From the IMG/VR virus record IMGVR_UViG_3300047539_000004: DNA of 64,000 nucleotides, one strand, 5' to 3'. The notes under the pieces were generated by a model. The model did no database searches. It had not been told where the DNA came from and saw nothing but the letters and a program-made list of their open reading frames with translations. The position numbers and the translations under genes were made by a program. Within the stretch, counting starts at the first letter, position 1; every line of letters begins with the position of its first letter. This stretch comes from an uncultured virus (IMG/VR IMGVR_UViG_3300047539_000004). Lineage: Duplodnaviria > Heunggongvirae > Uroviricota > Caudoviricetes. Below are positions 26,835-35,899 of this stretch, piece by piece.

Positions 26835-27968
26835 ATGGCGAAAAACGCATTAGCAGAGTTAGGAGATGTTCTTGGTGTAGCGTTGGCGCAAGCTGTCGAG
26901 ACAGGCGTAGCAGCAACCAAGGAAGCCAAAGCAGCAAAGGCAGAGGTTCCGGTTACCAAGGCCGATAAGTTCGACATGCTTAAAGCGGTCGCAAAGACAC
27001 TTGATAAACAATTTAGTACCACCTTTTCAATTGTACGTTTAGGAAGTAAAGTTGGTGTTCCAATTCCTAGTATCCAAACCAACCTTCCCACACTAGACTA
27101 TGACGTACTCCAATGCGGGGGCATCCCCAGAGGGAGATTGGTAGAAATCTACGGACCAGAAAGCAGTGGAAAGACAACATTGTGCCTTCATATAATTGCT
27201 CAAGAACAGAAGAACACAGACAATCTTGTAGCAATTGTGGACGCCGAACACGCAATTGACGTATCCTATGCAGCCAAGCTAGGAGTAAATGTAGACGAAC
27301 TCCTGATTAGCCAGCCGAACTCGGGCGAAGAGGCACTAGAGACTGTAGAGGCGCTTGTGGATTCGAAGACTGTCAGTCTTATCATCGTGGACTCTGTGGC
27401 CGCACTGGTGCCAAGGGCCGAGCTAGACGGGGAGATGGGCGATAGCCATATGGGACTTCAGGCGCGTCTTATGTCGCAAGCCTGTAGAAAACTCGTAGCC
27501 AAAGCAGCGGCTAACCAAGTAACCATCATCTTCATTAACCAGTTGCGTGAAAAGATTGGCATAATGTTTGGATCACCAGAGACAACCACCGGAGGCAAAG
27601 CTTTAAAGTTCTATGCTTCAGTTAGACTTGATGTACGTAGAAAGGAAGTAATCGGTGAAAAGGAACATCCTATAGGACATATAATTAAGATAAAAGCTGT
27701 TAAGAATAAGTGTGGATGTCCGATGAGAGATACTTTAGTTGACCTACTGTATGAAACAGGTATTGACACGGTAGGGGACTTTGTGAAATACTGCGTCAAA
27801 ATTGGGGTCATTGCCCAAAAAGGGGCATGGTATTCTTTCAATGAAAAAAATATTGGAAATGGCTTGACAAACGTAAAAGATGCGCTTAAGCTGGATTCAG
27901 ATTTGTTTCAAGCCGTGATCGGCGCAAGTTGGAAAGTCAGAGAAGCACAAAAGGAGACAGCAGCATGA
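26835..27968 (+). CDS. recA: RecA recombinase
   Basis: GGIPRGR.VEIYGPESSGKTT, DAEHA, DSVAALVP.AE..G.MGD, NQLREKIG, GGKALKFYASVRLD. Confidence 0.97.
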   Translation: MAKNALAELGDVLGVALAQAVETGVAATKEAKAAKAEVPVTKADKFDMLKAVAKTLDKQFSTTFSIVRLGSKVGVPIPSIQTNLPTLDYDVLQCGGIPRGRLVEIYGPESSGKTTLCLHIIAQEQKNTDNLVAIVDAEHAIDVSYAAKLGVNVDELLISQPNSGEEALETVEALVDSKTVSLIIVDSVAALVPRAELDGEMGDSHMGLQARLMSQACRKLVAKAAANQVTIIFINQLREKIGIMFGSPETTTGGKALKFYASVRLDVRRKEVIGEKEHPIGHIIKIKAVKNKCGCPMRDTLVDLLYETGIDTVGDFVKYCVKIGVIAQKGAWYSFNEKNIGNGLTNVKDALKLDSDLFQAVIGASWKVREAQKETAA

Positions 27969-28249
27969 CTACTAAAAGCCTAAAAGTGACAACTGAAGAG
28001 TTGGCCGCTAAGTATAATGTACCGTTCACCATAATTGAATCCTTAGACAGATACGTGGACCATCGTGTACCGACTGGCGGCTTTCTGAACGCTGTACTCG
28101 CCAATGATTTGCGCGAATCCTGTGCTAGAGCCGATTGGGATAACAGGAGTCGCATCTTTGAGATAACTAATTTTTGTTATAATGAAATCCCTGCCATCTG
28201 TTGGGGTAGCTATGAGAAGGTGGACGAATGGCTAAAAAGGAAAAGCTAG
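27965..28249 (+). CDS. conserved phage hypothetical protein
   Basis: RY......GGFL.AVL.NDL.....RAD..N...WGS.EKV..W. Confidence 0.7.
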   Translation: MTTKSLKVTTEELAAKYNVPFTIIESLDRYVDHRVPTGGFLNAVLANDLRESCARADWDNRSRIFEITNFCYNEIPAICWGSYEKVDEWLKRKS

Positions 28250-28636
28250 AAAAGCTAGAAAAGAGCAAAGCGTTTGATACCTGTGACGAAGCCTTACGGC
28301 ACATAGATAAGCTACTTGCTGTAAAGAATCTTACAGGAAGGCTTCACGCACATAACGAAACAGGCCAGATCAGCTATTCATGGTCAGTGACTTGGAAGGA
28401 GAAAGCATGAGTTTTTTAGTATTCAACCTAATTAGTAAAGACACCAAAAAAGTAACCTTGGATTGGCAAGTGTGTAATGCCTCTACTGGTTATCAACTCG
28501 GTGTGGTTGGTTGGTATACTGGGTGGAGACGCTATGTTTACCATCCTTCTTGTCCACAGATGTTAGACGCCGGTTGTATGCGTGAGATTGCTGATTTTAG
28601 TGAAACAGAAACAAACAAAAGAAAGGAACAAGTTAA

Positions 28637-28867
28637 GTGAAAAAGACGTTTGTAAGTAATCCAGTATTCACCTATACTAGCGTGTGTTGCGGTAAGCCAG
28701 CACACAAGGAGCCATGCCAGAGGTCTAAAGAAGACCGTAAGGAGAACAAGATGAGTCAGTCTCCGCTCGGAACGTGGCGCTGTGGACAATGCGAACAAAA
28801 GACGAAAGTTATTCGCTCCAAGTTCAAGGAGGCTACGAATGTGGCGCAAACTCAAACTACGGTATAA
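28637..28867 (+). CDS. small Zn-finger protein
   Basis: SVCCG..A.K.PC...LG.WRC..C. Confidence 0.55.
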   Translation: MKKTFVSNPVFTYTSVCCGKPAHKEPCQRSKEDRKENKMSQSPLGTWRCGQCEQKTKVIRSKFKEATNVAQTQTTV

Positions 28868-29230
28868 ATGTTGGCTGTATGGTATCTGTTACATACACGG
28901 TACCCAAGGCAACATCTACAATAACTGTGAAATTTGCAATGCGATGAGGAGCGCAAGAAGGCTCATTGCCCCCAATGCTACGATGCAGGAATGGAACAAA
29001 CTGTTCAAGATATTAGGTGAAGAGGGGGTAATCCCAAGTGAAAATCCTAAGAAGACTGCTACTAAGGTATAGATGCTGGCAGTATGGACTGTGTTACAAA
29101 CATGGTTGCCATCTTATCATTCCAGCCTTCAGAAACGCACCGTATTGTTTAGAGTGCAAACAAGAAGTAGCTCGTCAACCGTCAATCAGGGAGAAGCTTC
29201 TAACTGATTGGGAAAGAGAGTTCAAACAAA

Positions 29231-29599
29231 ATGGCAGAATTCTTTAAGCAACTGACCGATGTAGGGACTAGATACACACACTACAGGGACTTGATGAGTG
29301 ACCTTGAAGATGGTGTAGAAGTCTTTAGGAGAAAGCTTGAGAACGTTAAGTACCAAAGGCCAGAGGATGCAAAGTCATACATCAAGCTGAGTCTCGCTCT
29401 AGAGGTAGTTTCGCAGATTGTAGACCTTGACGCTAACGTACTGGACAAGGATGAAAAATACAAGTTCGAAAGGGCGATTGAAGAGGTACATCTTGACAGA
29501 CATATTCTAGCAAGTCTTACTCCGTTCGTGTTGACTGAAGAGGCTGCTAAGAAGGCTGAAGAAACTAAGAAAACTGAGGAGAAGCATGGCACTGATTGA
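29231..29599 (+). CDS. hypothetical protein
   Basis: open frame in operon context. Confidence 0.55.
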   Translation: MAEFFKQLTDVGTRYTHYRDLMSDLEDGVEVFRRKLENVKYQRPEDAKSYIKLSLALEVVSQIVDLDANVLDKDEKYKFERAIEEVHLDRHILASLTPFVLTEEAAKKAEETKKTEEKHGTD

Positions 29600-29761
29600 T
29601 CTTGGTTGTATACGGATATTCAATGACAGCGGAGAGAAGATTAAGGTAGTGATTGACGCGGAGCCATACTTGAGCGCACAATACGATCAGGTAGAGGGGC
29701 ATGGAGAAACGTTCGCAGAGGCATTACAGAATTTGTATTTGGAAGTAGAGAGGATAACCGA

Positions 29762-30010
29762 ATGATAGCATCATTGATTTTGTATCTCGCATCAATCCCG
29801 TTGGCGTACTATATGTTCGTAACCTTCTGGATTTCTAACCGCAATTTGGAACTGGACGATGCAATTCTTCTAGGGATTTGTTCACTTATCCCTATAATGA
29901 ATGTGTTCTGTTCTTTGGTATTGTTTGTTCCAATGTTGGTCACGGAACTGTTCAGTATTAAGTGGGACAAGGTAATCATTAAAAAGAGGAGTAACGATGT
30001 TGAACTTTGA
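29762..30010 (+). CDS. membrane protein
   Basis: two hydrophobic segments. Confidence 0.55.
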   Translation: MIASLILYLASIPLAYYMFVTFWISNRNLELDDAILLGICSLIPIMNVFCSLVLFVPMLVTELFSIKWDKVIIKKRSNDVEL

Positions 30011-30341
30011 CACATATCAAGAACAAGCGTGGGAAACGGCACAGTATCCGCAATCAGGCGCTAACATGGTATACCCGGCTCTAGGACTAGCAGGAGAAGC
30101 CGGTGAAGTTGCAGAGAAGGTTAAGAAAGCATGGCGTAATCAGGGCATTACAAATGGCGCGTTAGTTTCTGATTCAGTTGCAATCGAAATAGCCAAAGAG
30201 TTATCAGACGTATTGTGGTATGTATCCGCGTTAGCTAAGGAACTAAACATCCCGTTGGCAGATGTTGCTCAAATGAATCTGGACAAGTTGCATGACAGAA
30301 ACAAGAGGGGCGTGATTAAGTCGGAAGGAGACAACAGATAG
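29997..30341 (+). CDS. MazG-like nucleotide pyrophosphohydrolase
   Basis: YQ..A..TA.YP...YPALGLAGEAGEVAEKVKK...KEL.DVLWY...N..KL..R..RG.I...GD.R. Confidence 0.9.
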   Translation: MLNFDTYQEQAWETAQYPQSGANMVYPALGLAGEAGEVAEKVKKAWRNQGITNGALVSDSVAIEIAKELSDVLWYVSALAKELNIPLADVAQMNLDKLHDRNKRGVIKSEGDNR

Positions 30342-30422
30342 GGTGTGTAGCTCAACGCATAGAGCATTGATCCTCTAACTAAAGGATCAACGATAAAGGT
30401 TGGACTCCTTCCGCACCCTCCA
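30341..30422 (+). tRNA. atypical tRNA-like gene (8-bp anticodon stem, 8-nt loop)
   Basis: acceptor GGGTGTG/CGCACCC plus T-CCA; D arm GCTC/GAGC; T loop TTGGACT; anticodon arm TTGATCCT-CTAACTAA-AGGATCAA. Confidence 0.65.
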
Positions 30423-30427
30423 CAAAC

Positions 30428-30464
30428 AAAAATAGCCCCCGGCCTAAACCGGGGGTATTCTTTT
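30428..30464. terminator. bidirectional terminator between the convergent genome arms
   Basis: A-run, CCCCCGG-cctaaa-CCGGGGG, T-run. Confidence 0.8.
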
Positions 30465-30573
30465 GCTCTAATTAGCTATGCTCCACAAATCGTGCGGTGA
30501 ATCCGAACCATATTCGCCGCAATATATGCGTATATTATCCTTGGAAATTTATTGGAATGATCTGATTTTTCTA

Positions 30574-33216
30574 TTAAGAGCCACACGTACCGCCTTTGGT
30601 TATGTCACAAATATCTGTACTCTCGACAAAAATTTGACCTTCGTGCTTCATGGCGGTTTTGTATGAAACTGTTGTTAGTGGCTGTCCTGATCTTGCACCA
30701 TCTGGGTAACAAGTAATCCCTCTTAACTTTGGAAGATACTTCATTAACATGTGTCCAAAGTCTTTCACTGTATCTTCGTTGTTTTTCTCTGTTCCCCATG
30801 CTGGAAGGTTAATAGTGCTGCTTATCCCATGATCGACATACTGTTGCAGCCATGCTTGGAAGGCAACACGCCTTTCCGGGTCAATCGAGTAAGCATCTTC
30901 AATATCTTCTGGCTTTACCCCTTCGTTCTCTATCAAACGTTTTGCAACAGTCTCTACAACGTATTGGTGTTCCCATGTGGTCTTGTTTAAATAGCGTCTC
31001 TTGAAGGCCACACAGAAGATTGGTTCACATCCGGTAGTTGTTTCAGCTACGATGCCAATTGTCCCGGTAGGAGCAATCGCCCTAGTCTTGACTGATTTGG
31101 ATAGGTTCCACTGATCCTCATACTGGTGGGCAAACTCTGTGCTGCGTTCGTAAATCTTCATGTACTCGGCAAGGTTATCATCGGGACCGTATAGTTTACC
31201 ATTATTGATTAGCCATTCATGTAGGCCCATTAGTCCTAACCCTAAGCGGCGGTTCTTCTCTCTGATTACCTTTACCTTAGCATAAGGCACATCTGAATAT
31301 TCAGTCCCGGCTACCAACATTGCTGTAGAGACTTTTACACAAACTTCCATATCTTCAAGAGTCTTTATACGGGCCATGTTTAAACTAGCAAGATTACAAA
31401 TGTCTGAGTCGTCATAGCTAGTCACTTCTGTACAGTTCCCAATTATAACTCCTTCTGCTTGAAATGAGTGTTCTTCTACTTTGACATCAGCACAATACAC
31501 AGGTTCTACTCCATCCTCAACTACCGATAAAACCTTCACCAAAGAATCTCTATACGCGGTATATCCTTCTAATTCTGGTTTTAGACGAATGGTAGGCATA
31601 AAGTTTGCTGCCTTTTGTGTGTATTCTGATGCAACGACTAACTGATATGTTTGCGCTTTTCCGTAAGTCGAGTGCCCAGTTTTTGATACATGGGACAGTA
31701 TTCCATATTGTTCAAATAATCTAGATACATTTTGTAAAAAACCTTCATGTTTGGAAGAAAGACGTAGACGTTTTTGTGTAGATTCCCAGTTTCCATCAGA
31801 ATCAAACAATCCCGCCAGAAAGCTTCCAGCTTGGTTATAAGACAGACTGTAAACTTCAATAGGAAACACATCTTTGCTTCTATCTTTCCAATACTCATCA
31901 ACTTTAAAATATGCCCTTTTATACCCACGTCCATCTTCTTCATTAATAGAAGACAGTAGGAAATGTTGACGAAAAGGTTCAATACATTTTTTAGATTCAT
32001 CTGTGCAAAAAGTTGCTTCCGCATTTCCGTTTACAGCAAATGTACCATCTCCATATACATACCCAAGAACATATAAATTGTTATCTATTTTTCTATTGGA
32101 AACAGCTTCTGGAAGAGACACATGAAGAATATCTCCATCTTCTAATTCATTTGCTGGTACCTTATCAATTGACTTTAATTTTCGCTTTGCACCTTTTCCT
32201 TGATACCGTTCTACTAAAAAGGGATGCCTCTTGTCACAGCGAATTGATCTTCCTCCCGTCATGTTGACTTGTACAATTTCCCCAAGGTCGCTTGTTTTAG
32301 TAAACACAACATCAGGTGCCCACTGTTTACCTGTCCAAACTTCTAAAGGTTTTCCAATAATATCCTTCACAGGTTGGTATCCATATTCCGTTAGAACTAA
32401 TGTATCAGCACAGATAGGAGCGTTTCGTAATGTTTCACCCTCATTTTCTCCTACATCAATGCTAAAACCCGGCTCACCCTTCTTCAACATCTGGTAAACG
32501 GTTTCCCAATATACTTGTTGGGCTAAACTATGCTTTGGATGTTTAGGGTTATTGTATGCTTTAAAGAATTCATCGTCAAGTCTTACCGAAACATTAGTCC
32601 CATCTAACGTAGCTGGAAAGTTGAAATCCTTGGCTTTCATGGCTCTGACTTCGTGCGACCAGTCTTTTATGTGGATAAACTCCAGAATATCGGCATGATC
32701 CCACCCCAGACCGGCCCAAATCGCGCTTCTACGGCTCCCGCCCTGCATAATGAACCTTCCCGCCTCGTTTGTCATTGCCATAAGAGCCAGCGGCCCTGTG
32801 GCCTCACCGCCAGTCCTTTTAATCAGGCTTCCTTTGGGTCTGATGTTCGAATACTCGTTGCCGATTCCTGCCCCGCTCATAAGCGCCATAGAGGAATCGT
32901 GCATTGTTTGCGCCCAACCTTCACGGCTGTCTTCAGGACGCATTAGAAGGCAATTCTGTACTTGGTGGTAATCTCTTCCGGCTGCGTATAGATAACGGCC
33001 TCCGGGGATGATCTGTCTAATGGTGATTCTATAGATAAGTTCGTCTACAAGTTCCTTTGGAGCATTGACTGTCTTAAATACATTTACAGCAACTCTTTTG
33101 GCTATCTGTGGCCATGTCTGAAGATCGTTTATGGTTGGATACTTCGCATATTTTTGGTTGATTACAGTAGTTGCTAGACTACCAAACTCCAGTAACTTTG
33201 GGTCTATTACCCGCAT
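30574..33216 (-). CDS. nrdJ: class II (AdoCbl-dependent) ribonucleotide reductase with intein
   Basis: PGGRYLY, NC, GGSRRSA, N-A-[intein]-C-T-E, CNL, RRLGLG, AIAPTGT, ISSTINLP, YPDG.R; no nrdB seen in the window. Confidence 0.88.
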   Translation of the reverse strand: MRVIDPKLLEFGSLATTVINQKYAKYPTINDLQTWPQIAKRVAVNVFKTVNAPKELVDELIYRITIRQIIPGGRYLYAAGRDYHQVQNCLLMRPEDSREGWAQTMHDSSMALMSGAGIGNEYSNIRPKGSLIKRTGGEATGPLALMAMTNEAGRFIMQGGSRRSAIWAGLGWDHADILEFIHIKDWSHEVRAMKAKDFNFPATLDGTNVSVRLDDEFFKAYNNPKHPKHSLAQQVYWETVYQMLKKGEPGFSIDVGENEGETLRNAPICADTLVLTEYGYQPVKDIIGKPLEVWTGKQWAPDVVFTKTSDLGEIVQVNMTGGRSIRCDKRHPFLVERYQGKGAKRKLKSIDKVPANELEDGDILHVSLPEAVSNRKIDNNLYVLGYVYGDGTFAVNGNAEATFCTDESKKCIEPFRQHFLLSSINEEDGRGYKRAYFKVDEYWKDRSKDVFPIEVYSLSYNQAGSFLAGLFDSDGNWESTQKRLRLSSKHEGFLQNVSRLFEQYGILSHVSKTGHSTYGKAQTYQLVVASEYTQKAANFMPTIRLKPELEGYTAYRDSLVKVLSVVEDGVEPVYCADVKVEEHSFQAEGVIIGNCTEVTSYDDSDICNLASLNMARIKTLEDMEVCVKVSTAMLVAGTEYSDVPYAKVKVIREKNRRLGLGLMGLHEWLINNGKLYGPDDNLAEYMKIYERSTEFAHQYEDQWNLSKSVKTRAIAPTGTIGIVAETTTGCEPIFCVAFKRRYLNKTTWEHQYVVETVAKRLIENEGVKPEDIEDAYSIDPERRVAFQAWLQQYVDHGISSTINLPAWGTEKNNEDTVKDFGHMLMKYLPKLRGITCYPDGARSGQPLTTVSYKTAMKHEGQIFVESTDICDITKGGTCGS
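31435..32418 (-). mobile_element. intein with LAGLIDADG homing endonuclease (328 aa, starts with Pro)
   Basis: PICADTLVLT...CDKRHPF...GYVYGDG...LAGLFDSDG...VYCADV...HSF...GVIIGN/C; AT-richer than the exteins. Confidence 0.88.
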
Positions 33217-33317
33217 TTCTTTCCCCTTTTGGTATACAATGACTGCCTTTTTGAGACAGAAAATGAGGGCTACCCAATCGGATAGCCCGTTGTGTTAAAG
33301 TCTATTGTGAGAACTTG

Positions 33318-33686
33318 TTAAGCGATAACCTGAAGGCGTCTGTCTCCAGATGCCCAGACTGCTTCACGGATAACTCTTGACATGATTATGCATCCTTCAC
33401 TTGCCGTTCCGGGCCTTAAAACGTTATCCCCATGCATAAGAAACCCGCTTCGGCCTTCCATGTCGTTTGATGCATCAGGAACCAACTGCATTACAAATGG
33501 TCCGTGAGTCGTTGTGTTATAAGGTGGTCCAGTGATTGTATAACAGCCGACTGGAATTGGACCTACATTCTGTACGAATTCCTCTGATGGATTGTTGTAC
33601 CCGATTCCTTGTGCGCCACTATAGCCGACGCTTACTACTCCGTTTGCGGCTGTGAGTTTCCCAGAACTTTGCTCGTATGTGAACAT
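33318..33686 (-). CDS. Tlde1/DUF2778 L,D-transpeptidase-fold peptidoglycan enzyme (candidate lysin)
   Basis: Y.QS.G.L...GYSG...GPIP.G.Y.I...GRSGF.MHGD....S.GCI. Confidence 0.8.
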   Translation of the reverse strand: MFTYEQSSGKLTAANGVVSVGYSGAQGIGYNNPSEEFVQNVGPIPVGCYTITGPPYNTTTHGPFVMQLVPDASNDMEGRSGFLMHGDNVLRPGTASEGCIIMSRVIREAVWASGDRRLQVIA

Positions 33687-33703
33687 CTTTTCCTCTTAAA
33701 GTT

Positions 33704-33778
33704 TGGCATGAGAAGTAGGATTTGAACCCACACTGCAAGACTTTGGAGGTCTGCCGTCTACCGTTGACTTATTCTCAT
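33704..33778 (-). tRNA. tRNA-Trp(CCA)
   Basis: AGAC-CT-CCA-AA-GTCT, GGTTCAAATCC, encoded CCA. Confidence 0.85.
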
Positions 33779-33779
33779 G

Positions 33780-33855
33780 TGGAGCTAGCGGAGAGGGTCG
33801 AACTCCCGACCTTTTGATTACAGATCAATTGCTCTACCAACTGAGCTACGCTAGC
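33780..33855 (-). tRNA. tRNA-Thr(TGT) with C33
   Basis: GCTAGCG/CGCTAGC, TTGA-TC-TGT-AA-TCAA, GTTCGA, CCA. Confidence 0.8.
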
Positions 33856-33948
33856 AAATATCGCGGGTGGATTTGTCTCACGACTGGGCTCCACCCTGCA
33901 CCCCTTTGCTACCTTTTACGCTCTTACAGCCGGATAGCAAAGCTTGTC

Positions 33949-34185
33949 TTACCTATTTAAAGTTGTGCGGTCTGTGTCGAAGTGGGTAAGTGAGCGAAAA
34001 CTTCCCCCCTGCCCCAACCAGAGTAACAATACTAACATTGCCGTCCAAATCATTTGCTGCGCAATCCAAATCAACTTAGCGTTATTTGGTCCATTAGGGG
34101 GCACGCCCGGTCCTAATATCGCATACAATACCAAGCCGACAATCAAAACGATGAATACAGTTAACAAATACTCTCCAGTGTTCAT
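33949..34185 (-). CDS. small two-TM membrane protein
   Basis: two hydrophobic helices; lies within the tRNA cluster. Confidence 0.5.
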   Translation of the reverse strand: MNTGEYLLTVFIVLIVGLVLYAILGPGVPPNGPNNAKLIWIAQQMIWTAMLVLLLWLGQGGSFRSLTHFDTDRTTLNR

Positions 34186-34204
34186 AGTTCAAGTGTTTCT
34201 ATCT

Positions 34205-34279
34205 TGGCACAGGGCCAGAGACTCGAACTCTGACAACAGGCTCCAAAGGCCCGTATTCTTCCAATTAAATTAGCCCTGA
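34205..34279 (-). tRNA. tRNA-Gln(TTG)
   Basis: CGGGC-CT-TTG-GA-GCCTG, GTTCGAGTC, G-CCA. Confidence 0.85.
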
Positions 34280-34351
34280 ACAAGAGCGCTGCCGTCATAC
34301 GTTAAGACCCCACGTGTGAAATAAGGCCATACGGCGTACAACAGCAAAATT

Positions 34352-34425
34352 TGGTGGACCTGTAGGGATTCAAACCCTAGCTCAAACCATGCAAAGGTCT
34401 TGTGCTCTCATTACACCACAGGCCC
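34352..34425 (-). tRNA. tRNA-Ala(TGC)
   Basis: G3:U70 pair, AGACC-TT-TGC-AT-GGTTT, A-CCA. Confidence 0.88.
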
Positions 34426-34759
34426 ACTAAAACCATCATACTCTACTTCTTGTTTTTTGGCAAGGGCTTTTCATCGTCTATCTTGAAAAAATCACCCGAC
34501 CATAGTTTACCGGCCCACTCCTGTACCTTTGTGTTCCAATTCTTGTTATCTTCTGGTGGAACCGGGAGTACAGCTACTTGGACCTTTTCTGTTTTTACAG
34601 CTTTTGTTTCTTTGACTGCTTTTGTTGCTTTACTTCTTTTTGCCACTTTTTACCTTCTTGGGTAAATTTTTACCCTTGGTTGGTTTAACCCATTCATTTA
34701 GTGCTTTCTTTTTCCCGCCAAACTTCTCAGGATGTTCCATGATAAATCCAATCTGTGAT

Positions 34760-35149
34760 CTACTCCTTGCTGGCATTGGTTCTCTCCTTAACCCAATCGT
34801 GCAATTCTTTTACCTTTTCTGGAAACGGTCCCTTGACACGATCATCAATCATTGTCCCGTTGGCCTGTGCATCCAAAAGAATACCTAGACAGGCTCTAGC
34901 GTGTCCGAGATGGTGTACGCCCGAATCTTCTGCCTTCTCTTCGCCTTCTAACCATGCATATAGGTGTCTAATAGCAGCATCTACATAGATTCTTGCCTGA
35001 ACCTTCTTGGCTCTCCAGTTCCTATATCCGTATTTTAGATCACCGTCCAACATAGCGCAAGCTTCGTGTGCAATGGCGATTGCAGGAACTTGCCCTAGTG
35101 GAACTTTCTTAGCACCTAACAAGTCTTTAGGATTGCTTTCCTCTGCCAT
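34760..35149 (-). CDS. dATP/dGTP diphosphohydrolase (DUF5664-like)
   Basis: NPKD..G.KK.PL, G..KYG..NWR, Y.DA..RHL.AW..GE...DSG.HHL.HA.AC. Confidence 0.85.
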   Translation of the reverse strand: MAEESNPKDLLGAKKVPLGQVPAIAIAHEACAMLDGDLKYGYRNWRAKKVQARIYVDAAIRHLYAWLEGEEKAEDSGVHHLGHARACLGILLDAQANGTMIDDRVKGPFPEKVKELHDWVKERTNASKE

Positions 35150-35506
35150 GTTTATTATTCCCTCCAGAATATAACAGCTTGTCTAAAAATGCGTCCCAAA
35201 ATGTCCAACGTTCCACGATGCATTTCACTGAATCTCTCTTAAGTAGAATGTATCGTTTACCGTCTTCGAATGTGAATATGTCTCCTATATTGTAGTTGCA
35301 TAGCGCCGAGCTAGGACGGATTTCCTTCATTGTGGCTCCCGAATATTTTGTCGTAAAGTTTATTATACCATCTGTACGGCACAATCGTTAGCACCGAGTG
35401 AACTTTCTTCGTTACTCTGTACACGCCATCTCTGTTAAATGCATCGTTCTTAAATCTGATAATGTCTCCGGCATTAATATACCGACAAGTATCCGAAGTT
35501 AGTTCT

Positions 35507-35896
35507 TTAATATTTTGCATTCTCCCTCCATAGAATTCTATGTGTATTAATATCTGCTGTGCCGTAACTTTTTATGACATTTGCTCTATGAGAAATTATG
35601 GCCACGTTGCCTTTTACATACCCCAAAGCAGGTATGAGACGATCTAAACTTGGGGAATCATCGGCATTAGCTTTCGAGTTAACTTTCAATTTTATGGACA
35701 ATATAGGGCAAACTTCTGGAATAACTATATCCGACACTTCAAGGTTAAATGGCAGGTTATGCAATCTAGCGCGTTGCTTTGCTGATGCGAGAATTAATTT
35801 TTCCGGTCTTAGTCTTTTATCTCGCACATAAACCGCCGTTCTATAGGCGTATTTATCCGGGTATGCATCATCATTGTGATAGATTTCTACACCCAT
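35507..35896 (-). CDS. HNH/His-Me endonuclease-like protein
   Basis: AKQRA....PF.L...IP..CPIL...SPSLDR..P.LGYVKGNV.IIS.RAN.IK. Confidence 0.75.
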   Translation of the reverse strand: MGVEIYHNDDAYPDKYAYRTAVYVRDKRLRPEKLILASAKQRARLHNLPFNLEVSDIVIPEVCPILSIKLKVNSKANADDSPSLDRLIPALGYVKGNVAIISHRANVIKSYGTADINTHRILWRENAKY

Positions 35897-35899
35897 TTA

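Noticed and set aside
26835..27968. Host chromosomal segment around recA
   Set aside because: The gene is embedded among phage-type small ORFs with coupled starts and stops and has no recX or housekeeping neighbours.
33900..33945. Hammerhead ribozyme in the tRNA spacer
   Set aside because: CUGUAAGA does not match the CUGANGA core, and no properly placed GAAA and three-stem junction was found.
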